DNA of 64,000 nt from Candidatus Nomurabacteria bacterium GW2011_GWD2_36_14 (GTDB lineage Bacteria > Patescibacteriota > Minisyncoccia > Phycocordibacterales > UBA9973), in NCBI GenBank assembly GCA_000991405.1, contig LBRL01000001.1, positions 527,989 to 591,988 on the forward strand. Direction: 5' to 3'. Under the pieces are notes generated by a model. That model had not been told where the DNA came from. It worked only from the letters and a program-made list of their open reading frames with translations, and did no database searches. Made by a program: the position numbers and the translations under genes. How positions within the stretch are numbered: the stretch's first letter is position 1; each line of letters starts with the position of its first letter. Below, piece by piece: positions 47,016 through 54,988 of this stretch.

Positions 47016-48617
47016 TTGATTATTATGAGAACAAACATAAACATGAAAGAATACAAAAAAACAACAAAAAAATTATTAAATACCTCTTCTAATGGGATGA
47101 AAAAAATCTTTTCTAAAATAATAATATCCTTTGTTTTGTTTAGTTTTATTATTCCTTTGTCAATAAATTTAAATAGGAGTGAAGTTTTGGCGGCTGAAAC
47201 TTGGTATTATACAAGGTTAGGTGATATAGGATACACTGAAAGGGTAAATTCCATAGATTATGCAATGGAATCTGATTGTCTAAAAGATCTTAAAAGCGTT
47301 CATTCAAGTCGAGAACCTAGTACTGTTTGTTATAAAAAAAATGTCGTTGTTCAAACAGAGAATAATACAGAAGGAACATATTGGTTTAGGGACATGGATA
47401 ATGCCTTCAGGGGAACATTAGGCCCGCTTAAACTTCCCGGTTTTACAACATCACAAGAATGTGAGAATGCAAAAAATACATATTGGGGTCCAAATTCTAA
47501 TAATGCCGCCAGTAAATTACCTTGTTATTTAATATCTAGTGAACAGGTACTTTTAAATTTTGAGCTCGAAAAACAAAAAAACGCAAAAATGCCAGGTGAT
47601 GATTCTGTGCCAATCACTCCCAAAATCGGAGCAACGGAAAATAATAATATTTACAAAATGCTAGTACCTCTGCCGGGGATTACTTGTATGGATAATACGG
47701 GTAAAGATCCAAGCTGTATCGGAAACAATGTAGGGACGTATTTAAATTTTATCTTCAAATTTGGTATTGGACTATGTGCAGCGCTTGCAGTAGTCATGCT
47801 TATAATCTACGGTATTACATATATGGGGGATGAATCAATCTTTGGTAAGACTGAGGCAAAGAAGAAAATGTTTGGAGCTATCATAGGGCTTATAATTGCA
47901 ATAGGTGGCTGGGCACTTCTAAACACAATCAACCCAGACCTGACGGGGAAGAATGGATTGGTAATCGATTCGGTAGAGGTTAAAGCTCGTACAGATGATC
48001 CTGATTTTATTCAAAACATTTCTTCTCTTGATACAAAAAATGTAACTGCATTAAGTTTTAGTGATCCATTATTTAAAGGATATTTAGCTCATCAACAAGG
48101 ACCTGCAGGTGCTGCTGCTATTATTTGGGCTACAAGCAAGGGATTGAATGAGGTTCCAAGTGATAATCCTTTCACAAACTCACCTGTAAATACAAATATG
48201 AAGAGTAATTTCCCTGCAACAGATGCAACTAAAGTAATAGGTACTTCTGTTTTAACCCCAGCAAACTTCTTAAGATACTGGTCGTTAAAAACAGCCGCAG
48301 CAAAAGCAAAAACTGGTCCAATTTTCCCCGCTATTGAGGCTGCATTAAAAAAAGTTTCTTCTGAGACAGGGGTACCTCTGGAGACTCTGGTGGCAATCTG
48401 TCGAATAGAATCTGCTGCTGGCTGTACAAACGAAAGCTCTATAACAAAATCAAATGGTAGCTTTCAGGGATTATTTCAAATAGGTAGTGCGGCGTGGAAT
48501 GATTATGGAAATAAAAATGGAAATATACTTGACCCATATGAAAACGCACTTGCCGCAGCTAAATACTACAAATCTAATCTTCAATCTATACAAAATTTAT
48601 TATCAAAAAATAGCTAA
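47016..48617 (+). CDS. VirB1-like lytic transglycosylase (SLT domain) fused to a pilin-like TM hairpin and a Cys-containing N-domain
   Basis: 533 aa; signal/TM; central two-helix hairpin FIFKFGIGLCAALAVVMLIIYGITYMGDESIFGKTEAKKKMFGAIIGLIIAIGGWALL; C-terminal SLT-like motifs (VAICRIESAAG, GLFQIGSAAW, AAAKYY). Confidence 0.55.
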   Translation: MIIMRTNINMKEYKKTTKKLLNTSSNGMKKIFSKIIISFVLFSFIIPLSINLNRSEVLAAETWYYTRLGDIGYTERVNSIDYAMESDCLKDLKSVHSSREPSTVCYKKNVVVQTENNTEGTYWFRDMDNAFRGTLGPLKLPGFTTSQECENAKNTYWGPNSNNAASKLPCYLISSEQVLLNFELEKQKNAKMPGDDSVPITPKIGATENNNIYKMLVPLPGITCMDNTGKDPSCIGNNVGTYLNFIFKFGIGLCAALAVVMLIIYGITYMGDESIFGKTEAKKKMFGAIIGLIIAIGGWALLNTINPDLTGKNGLVIDSVEVKARTDDPDFIQNISSLDTKNVTALSFSDPLFKGYLAHQQGPAGAAAIIWATSKGLNEVPSDNPFTNSPVNTNMKSNFPATDATKVIGTSVLTPANFLRYWSLKTAAAKAKTGPIFPAIEAALKKVSSETGVPLETLVAICRIESAAGCTNESSITKSNGSFQGLFQIGSAAWNDYGNKNGNILDPYENALAAAKYYKSNLQSIQNLLSKNS

Positions 48618-48624
48618 TTAATAA

Positions 48625-49824
48625 ATGCCCAGAAAAACAAAAATTATTTTAATATCAGTGTTCATATTTGTTATAGCAGTTTTGCTTGGTGTTTATTTCT
48701 ATAACAAAAGTAAAACTCCAAATACTGTGGATCCAAATGCAGGCTTCTACCAAAAGTTCAATCCATTTGGAACAAGCACCAAGGTAGATAATGGGGGAGA
48801 TACTACAAATACAACTACTGATAATGTAGACACAACCCTAAAAGTGAATTCAAGATTTCACAAACTCACAGACTTCGCAGTAGCTGGAGCAACATCATTC
48901 GAAGACACAAGGGATGAGGCTACAGTACCATCTCTACGCTACGTAGAGCGTGCTACAGGCCATGTATACCAAATGTACCTCGATACAAAAGTTACTGGCA
49001 AGATATCAAACTCTACAATCCCTGGAGTATATGAAACTATATTCGACGGTAAGGCCAACTCGGTCATCTATAGATATGCATCAGAAGACAACAAGTCTAT
49101 TACGAGCTTCCTTGCCACTCTCGGAGGGAAGAGTAGCTTCCTGAATTCAAACATACTAGAAGTTGCTTTGTCTCCTGACAAAAGTAAGTTCTTCTCTGTT
49201 ATAGAAACCACAAATGGAGTCATAGGGGTCACAAAGTCTTTCGAAGAGACTAAGACTAGCCAAGTCTTCACCTCAGCTTTCTCTGAGTGGCTACCACAGT
49301 GGGCGACAACTGGTAATATATATCTGACAACCAAACCTTCATACTTGGTAGAGGGAAGTGTGTTCAACTTAAATATTGCAAATGGAACACTTTCAAAGAT
49401 TCTAGGTAGAGTGCAAGGACTTACAACTCTAGCCAACAAAGATGGTACATCATTGCTTTATGGAGCATCGCTAGACAATGGCCCAAGGCTCAATATTTTC
49501 AATATTAAGAATCATACGTCAGAAGACCTAGGTAAATATGGGCTTCCTGAGAAGTGTGTCTGGAGTAGCGACAATATAAATGTCTACTGTGCTGTACCCA
49601 ATACAATAGTAGGGAACCAGTACCCCGACTCTTGGTACCAAGGAGTTATATCTTTCGATGACTTCTTCGTTAAAATAAATACAGTTACTAAAGAATCTGC
49701 AACTCTAGCTAATTCGAAGGATGAAGTACCTGTAGATGGTACAAATCTATTCTTGAACAAAGATGAGAGTAAATTATTCTTTATAAATAAGAAAGACTCC
49801 ACTTTATGGAGTCTTGACCTCTAA
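48625..49824 (+). CDS. Membrane-anchored beta-propeller-like (TolB-like) hypothetical protein
   Basis: 399 aa; N-terminal TM (IILISVFIFVIAVLLGVYF) then a repetitive beta-rich domain. Confidence 0.4.
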   Translation: MPRKTKIILISVFIFVIAVLLGVYFYNKSKTPNTVDPNAGFYQKFNPFGTSTKVDNGGDTTNTTTDNVDTTLKVNSRFHKLTDFAVAGATSFEDTRDEATVPSLRYVERATGHVYQMYLDTKVTGKISNSTIPGVYETIFDGKANSVIYRYASEDNKSITSFLATLGGKSSFLNSNILEVALSPDKSKFFSVIETTNGVIGVTKSFEETKTSQVFTSAFSEWLPQWATTGNIYLTTKPSYLVEGSVFNLNIANGTLSKILGRVQGLTTLANKDGTSLLYGASLDNGPRLNIFNIKNHTSEDLGKYGLPEKCVWSSDNINVYCAVPNTIVGNQYPDSWYQGVISFDDFFVKINTVTKESATLANSKDEVPVDGTNLFLNKDESKLFFINKKDSTLWSLDL

Positions 49825-50291
49825 TTGTTTATATCTCCTACATATTTTATTACTACTCTTCTGCTTGGGCCGTATCCTTCGGACTCAGTTTTAATATCGG
49901 GAATACCTTCTAAAAACATATGTATAATGCGACGTTCGTTGGCAGGCATGGGGTCTACTTCTATGTTACTCTTGAAATACTTGGCACGTTCAGCCATCAT
50001 GTGTGCAATATTCTTCAATCCATCAAATCTTTTCTTTTGATAACCATTCACGTCAACAAAAATATTGGATAGCTCGGTCTCTTGTCCTACCGCTTTCTCT
50101 ACAATTTTTCTAACAAGATGATTGAGGGATCTTAGTGTTTCTCCTTCGCGTCCAATCATGAATCTGGAGTCGGGGGTCTCTATCATACACCAGAGCATAT
50201 TACCCTCAAGAGCTATCTCAAGCTTGGAGATAGTACAAGCTGTGTGCTTGAAAATATCTTCTATTGTGGATTTAATTATTGCTTCATTCAT
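49821..50291 (-). CDS. jag: Jag/KhpB RNA-binding protein (KH + R3H)
   Basis: 156 aa; KH-like (FMIGREGETLRSLNHLV) and R3H (PMPANERRIIHMFLEG) motifs; immediately downstream of yidC. Confidence 0.85.
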   Translation of the reverse strand: MNEAIIKSTIEDIFKHTACTISKLEIALEGNMLWCMIETPDSRFMIGREGETLRSLNHLVRKIVEKAVGQETELSNIFVDVNGYQKKRFDGLKNIAHMMAERAKYFKSNIEVDPMPANERRIIHMFLEGIPDIKTESEGYGPSRRVVIKYVGDINN

Positions 50292-50299
50292 ATATTTAA

Positions 50300-51034
50300 T
50301 TAATTATTCTCTAATGATCTTCGAATGTACCATTCTTGAATTATAGTGAATATATTACTTATAACAAAATATAATGCAACTGCAGCAGAAATTTGCCATG
50401 AAATGAAAACAATAAATATAGGCAATATGTACTTGATGTTGGTCTGCATGCTTCCCGAAAGTTCATCTTGAAAGCTTTTGACTTCTGGTGTTGCCCCAGC
50501 AGGAATAACTTCAACCTTTGGTTGAACAGGGGAGGCAAGGTAGCCTTGGATAAATTGAGTAATACCGGCTAGAATGGCTAGCACAAGGCTCTTGCCACCA
50601 AGCTCAATAAGTCCCAAGAAGTTGGTATTCATAGCTGTAGGCTTGGCTATGAAGGTATATATGGCACCTGTATCAAGAGATAGCCCCTTAAGAAATACAT
50701 AATACAATGCAAAGATAACTGGAAGCTGTATAAGTACGACAATACATCCTGAAAAGGGATTGGTGCCGTATTTCTTGTATAATTCAAAGGTTTTCTTGGC
50801 TTGTTCCTCTTTGTTTGGGAAGTCTTTCTTTATCTGCTTGATCTCGGGTTCCATCTTCTTCATAAGTATCTGGCTCTTTATAGACTTCTTGGTCAAGGGA
50901 GCAAGGGCAAGCTTTATAAGGATAGTAACTAGTATAATAGCAAAACCAACATCACCAAAAGTGACATTGTTTATAATAAAAATAAGGATATTATAAATTG
51001 GCTGATAAAAAATAGAATTCCATATTGCTGACAT
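50300..51034 (-). CDS. yidC: Membrane protein insertase YidC (short form)
   Basis: 244 aa; conserved YidC/Oxa1 core with multiple TMs; gene order yidD-yidC-jag. Confidence 0.85.
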   Translation of the reverse strand: MSAIWNSIFYQPIYNILIFIINNVTFGDVGFAIILVTILIKLALAPLTKKSIKSQILMKKMEPEIKQIKKDFPNKEEQAKKTFELYKKYGTNPFSGCIVVLIQLPVIFALYYVFLKGLSLDTGAIYTFIAKPTAMNTNFLGLIELGGKSLVLAILAGITQFIQGYLASPVQPKVEVIPAGATPEVKSFQDELSGSMQTNIKYILPIFIVFISWQISAAVALYFVISNIFTIIQEWYIRRSLENN

Positions 51035-51049
51035 TCACCTATTGTAGCA

Positions 51050-51158
51050 TAATAATTAATAATTAAAAATTAATAATTAATAATGTAAAAAACCTAAGCA
51101 AAGCTTAGGTTTTTAGTGTATTGTGTTTAAATTATTAATTATTAATTATTAATTAATT
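51050..51158. terminator. Hairpin flanked by inverted (TTAATAA)n arrays
   Basis: (taataat)n - gtaaaaaacctaagcaaagcttaggttttt - (attatta)n; the same architecture as 24301-24396. Confidence 0.6.
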
Positions 51159-51359
51159 TAGTGGATCATAGTGCTTCTTCTGCCAAGGGTGACACCTGAG
51201 AATTCTTCTGAAACCCTTATAAATGCCTATAATTGAGCCGTATTTAATAATTGCTTCCTTTGTATATTCTGAACATGTAGGAAGAAAAACACATGAACTA
51301 TGTGACCTGAGGGGAATCTTCTGATAGAGATTTATAAGCTTAATAAATACTTTTTTCAT
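51153..51359 (-). CDS. yidD: Membrane protein insertion efficiency factor YidD
   Basis: 68 aa; CVFLPTCSEYTKEAIIKYG and RILRCHPW are YidD signatures. Confidence 0.85.
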   Translation of the reverse strand: MKKVFIKLINLYQKIPLRSHSSCVFLPTCSEYTKEAIIKYGSIIGIYKGFRRILRCHPWQKKHYDPLN

Positions 51360-51365
51360 GTATAT

Positions 51366-51686
51366 TTATATAATCTTGGCTTTCTTGAGTATTAAGTCTA
51401 TATCCTTCTTGATATCAATAGAGCTTGCTATTAGAGCTTCTTTCTTGTAGAAAAGTATGCCGGCACATGACTTCAAGTCATATGAACGAAGGATATTATA
51501 GCCTTTTCTACGTAGGGAGTTCCTTTTTACGGCTGTTTTCGCGATCTTTTTAGGAGCAACCACAGCGTACTGGGGGGTATCTTGCTTAAGATAGCGCAAA
51601 ATAAAAAACGAGCCAGAAACGACACTTCCTTTATCCATGATATTCTGGAAGACACTTCTAGTAACTCGCTTTTTCTTTGGGAGCAT
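51366..51686 (-). CDS. rnpA: Ribonuclease P protein component (probable start at the internal Met; the called ORF extends to 51773 and overlaps rpmH)
   Basis: MLPKKKRVTRSVFQNIMDKG... is a typical RnpA N-terminus; it sits between rpmH and yidD. Confidence 0.75.
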   Translation of the reverse strand: MLPKKKRVTRSVFQNIMDKGSVVSGSFFILRYLKQDTPQYAVVAPKKIAKTAVKRNSLRRKGYNILRSYDLKSCAGILFYKKEALIASSIDIKKDIDLILKKAKII

Positions 51687-51693
51687 AGTAGTG

Positions 51694-51834
51694 TTACTTT
51701 GCAATAGAAACCTTGGCACGACCCTTCTGGCGACGTGCTTTAGTGACCTTTTTACCGCCGGGAGTTTTCGCACGAACTAAGAATCCATGAGTTTTAGCTC
51801 TTTTTCTTTTATTTGGTTGATATGTTTGAGACAT
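51694..51834 (-). CDS. rpmH: 50S ribosomal protein L34
   Basis: Hand translation of the minus strand gives [46 protein letters not shown] (46 aa); not in the ORF track because it is under 60 aa. Confidence 0.9.
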   Translation of the reverse strand: MSQTYQPNKRKRAKTHGFLVRAKTPGGKKVTKARRQKGRAKVSIAK

Positions 51835-51950
51835 ATGCAAAATATATACTATATTTGACAAAAATGCAATATAGACTCAAAACATATCCACATGTTATTA
51901 ACAGCTTAATTAAGACTTTCAATTATTGTGTTTTTTAAAACACAGGTATA

Positions 51951-53309
51951 ATGGGAAACATGAACACAAAAGAACTCTGGGAAAAGTGCCTTTCTGAGGT
52001 AGAACTAAGCATATCAAAAGCCAACTTTACAACTTGGTTTAAAAATACATCTATCGTTAGAGAAGAGGCGGGAACACTTTATGTGGGAGTTCCAAACGAA
52101 TTTGTAAAAGACTGGCTATACAACAAGTTCCATAAGTTAATATTGAAAACAATAATAGGCCACGAAGAGGGAGTAAGAAGTATAGAATATATAATCCACA
52201 AGAATGATAGCTCTCCTAAAAATATTGAAAATACTATCCTAAAACAAGTTAATATTAATAAAGAACTTCCTTTAAGTGATCTATATTTAAACAAAGACGA
52301 TAACCTAAATCCAAAATACAACTTCAACTCATTTGTCGTTGGTCCTTTCAATGAACTTGCGTATGCTGTGGCCCAAGCGATCATAACAAACCCCGGACAG
52401 AATTACAATCCATTCTTCGTTTATGGTGGTACAGGACTCGGCAAGACACATATGATCCAAGCAATAGGTAATACTATTAAAATAAAACACCCACACAAGA
52501 AGATCTACTACGTCTCTCTAGAACGTTTTGCTATCGACTATATAAATTCAATTGCCAATAAAAACCCAAACTCTTTCAAAGAAAAGTATAGGAAGTATGA
52601 TGTCATCATTATGGACGATATACAATTTATATCTGGTAAAGACAAAACACAAGAAGAACTCTTCCATCTTTTCAATACCTTATACGAAAACAACAAGCAA
52701 ATAATCTTCTCCTCTGATAAACACCCTAACTTCATTCAGGGATTAGAAGATAGACTTCAATCTAGGTTCGCTTCTGGTATGACTGTCCAGATAGTAGAGC
52801 CAGACTATGAATCCAGAGTTGCAATTATAAAGGCCAAATTTGAATCTACTAATTGTATTATAGAAAACGACATAGTTTCCTATTTGGCAGAGATACTGGA
52901 AGGGAATATTCGTGAATTGGAAGGGAGTTTAAACACTATTATCTGCCAGTCTCAACTTAAAAATAAGTCTTTATCTTTAAGTGAAATAAAGCTTCTTATT
53001 AAGAACAATATCAAACCTAAAAAGACTGTAGCTATCAAGGATGTGGTGTCTGTAATAGCCAACCATTATGGAATATCTGACGAAATAATATATGAGAAGA
53101 CTCGCAGGAAAGAAATAGTGAAAGCAAGACAAGTAGCAATGTATATACTTCGTGAGGATTTCAACATCTCATATCCACTCATAGGTAGTAAACTGGGGGG
53201 AAGAGACCATACAACAGCCATACACTCGCACTTAAAAATTAAAGAAGAATTAAAAACAGACCCCGCCCTCTTACAAGAAATAGAAAAGATAAGAATAATG
53301 TTCAAGTAA
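51951..53309 (+). CDS. dnaA: Chromosomal replication initiator DnaA
   Basis: 452 aa; AAA+ Walker A GGTGLGKTHMIQAIGN, sensor motifs, and the C-terminal DnaA-box-binding HTH (RQVAMYILRE...GGRDHTTAIHS). Confidence 0.95.
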   Translation: MGNMNTKELWEKCLSEVELSISKANFTTWFKNTSIVREEAGTLYVGVPNEFVKDWLYNKFHKLILKTIIGHEEGVRSIEYIIHKNDSSPKNIENTILKQVNINKELPLSDLYLNKDDNLNPKYNFNSFVVGPFNELAYAVAQAIITNPGQNYNPFFVYGGTGLGKTHMIQAIGNTIKIKHPHKKIYYVSLERFAIDYINSIANKNPNSFKEKYRKYDVIIMDDIQFISGKDKTQEELFHLFNTLYENNKQIIFSSDKHPNFIQGLEDRLQSRFASGMTVQIVEPDYESRVAIIKAKFESTNCIIENDIVSYLAEILEGNIRELEGSLNTIICQSQLKNKSLSLSEIKLLIKNNIKPKKTVAIKDVVSVIANHYGISDEIIYEKTRRKEIVKARQVAMYILREDFNISYPLIGSKLGGRDHTTAIHSHLKIKEELKTDPALLQEIEKIRIMFK

Positions 53310-53525
53310 ATAATAAGGGTGTGGAAAAGATGTGTTTAAAGAAATTAAAAATGTGGACAACTTGATGGATAAATATAAAAGTAATTTTTATTAGAAAATA
53401 ACAAAAATAAAGAAATAAGAAAATTAAAAACAAGATATATAAAATAAAGACATAAAAGTAATCCACATATTCACATATATAATAGTAATAATAGATTATA
53501 TTAATAGATTAATAACAAATACACT
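53310..53525. promoter_or_regulatory. Candidate oriC (dnaA-dnaN spacer with DnaA-box-like 9-mers)
   Basis: Very AT-rich 216 bp containing tgtggaaaa (53320), tgtggacaa (53352), gatggataa (53364) and taatccaca (53459), each 1-2 mismatches from TTATCCACA or its reverse complement. An additional aTATCCACA lies at 51884 upstream of dnaA. Confidence 0.6.
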
Positions 53526-54623
53526 ATGAAGTTAGAATGCTCAATAGAAAAAATTAAAAATGCACTCATGATAGTAGATAGAATAACTGGTAAGAATCTT
53601 ACCCTTCCTGTACTGGGATCAGTTCTATGGGTAGCAACAGGTAAGACTCTTAAACTCCGTGCCACAAATCTAAATATAGGTATAGAAATGGAAGTGCCAG
53701 CTAAAATAGAAAAAGAAGGGGTTGTAGCTATAAGAAGTGATATACTCTCGTCTCTATTCTCAGTTCTTTCTGGAGATTCCTTTGTAACTTTTGAACTAGT
53801 AAATGACAACTTGTCTGTAAAAACAAAATCAAATACTATAATCTTGAAAAGTATTCCAAACGATGATTTCCCTACAATTCCACTCATAGAAGGTGAAGTT
53901 CTAAACATACCAGCTAAAAAATTCATAGAAGGAGTTAAGTCTGTATATTATAGTGCTTCTATATCAGATATAAAGCCTGAGATAGGAAGCGTCTATATAT
54001 ATCCAGAAGACGACATGCTTGTGTTTGTGGCGACTGACTCTTTCCGACTTGCAGAAAAGAAGGTGAAAATAAAACAAAAACTTTCTTTTAATGGGATACT
54101 TATACCATTTAAAAACACAGTTGAGATTATTAAGGTCTTGGATGGAGTAGATGGAGATATAAAGATAACATTACAAAAGAATCAAATTTCTTTCTCTTCA
54201 GACAATATATATCTAACATCTAGAATTATAGATGGAGCATTCCCTGACTATAAACAAATAGTGCCCAAAGGAGGAACTACAGAAGTGACACTCTTGAAGC
54301 AAGACTTTCTTTCATCTTTAAAAGTATCAAACATATTCTCTGATAAATTCAATCAAATTACTTTCAATATTAAACCTTCCGAAAAAGTTTTTGAAATAGA
54401 AGCAAAGAATACAGATATAGGAGAAAATATAACATTCCTAGCGTCAGCACTCTCGGGGGAGAATGTAACTCTTAACTTCAACTACAAATATATAGTAGAC
54501 TGCTTCCCATCTATATCTACTGATTCACTTGTACTTGAGTTTAATGGTAGTAATAGGCCTATGATACTGAGACCTATTGGAGATTCCTCGTTTATGTATT
54601 TGGTAATGCCAATGAATAGATAA
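53526..54623 (+). CDS. dnaN: DNA polymerase III beta sliding clamp
   Basis: 365 aa; three-domain clamp; it follows dnaA directly. Confidence 0.9.
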   Translation: MKLECSIEKIKNALMIVDRITGKNLTLPVLGSVLWVATGKTLKLRATNLNIGIEMEVPAKIEKEGVVAIRSDILSSLFSVLSGDSFVTFELVNDNLSVKTKSNTIILKSIPNDDFPTIPLIEGEVLNIPAKKFIEGVKSVYYSASISDIKPEIGSVYIYPEDDMLVFVATDSFRLAEKKVKIKQKLSFNGILIPFKNTVEIIKVLDGVDGDIKITLQKNQISFSSDNIYLTSRIIDGAFPDYKQIVPKGGTTEVTLLKQDFLSSLKVSNIFSDKFNQITFNIKPSEKVFEIEAKNTDIGENITFLASALSGENVTLNFNYKYIVDCFPSISTDSLVLEFNGSNRPMILRPIGDSSFMYLVMPMNR

Positions 54624-54627
54624 TGTT

Positions 54628-54688
54628 CCATAGGTCGGACCTAGGGACAAAAATTTAAAACACAAAAGACCCTAGGTCCGACCTATGG
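54628..54688. repeat. 61-bp nested-palindrome element (family C), copy 2
   Basis: ccataggtcggacctaggg-acaaaaatttaaaacacaaaag-accctaggtccgacctatgg, starting 5 nt after the dnaN stop. Confidence 0.8.
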
Positions 54689-54963
54689 CCCTTAATATTA
54701 TGGATTACAATCATATAAAAAATTATTTAGAAAAGTTTAAAAACCTCCTTTTTACCAAAGAAGAAATATATCAAATAGTTTCTAGGGCAATAGAAGACAA
54801 TATACATCTTAAAATTGAAACCAAAAATATACAAATAAAACCACCTTTTTTATACATAAAAGCCTCTCCATTAGTTCGTAATGAGATAATGATAAATAAA
54901 GAAAAAATCCTGAAAGATATATTACTCTTATCTCCTCAAAGTAATTTAAAAGATATAAGATAA
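54685..54963 (+). CDS. Small hypothetical protein, possibly DUF721/YaaB-like
   Basis: 92 aa immediately downstream of dnaN, where DUF721-family genes commonly sit; the similarity is weak and judged by eye only. Confidence 0.3.
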   Translation: MALNIMDYNHIKNYLEKFKNLLFTKEEIYQIVSRAIEDNIHLKIETKNIQIKPPFLYIKASPLVRNEIMINKEKILKDILLLSPQSNLKDIR

Positions 54964-54988
54964 TTAATAATTAATAATTATAAATACC

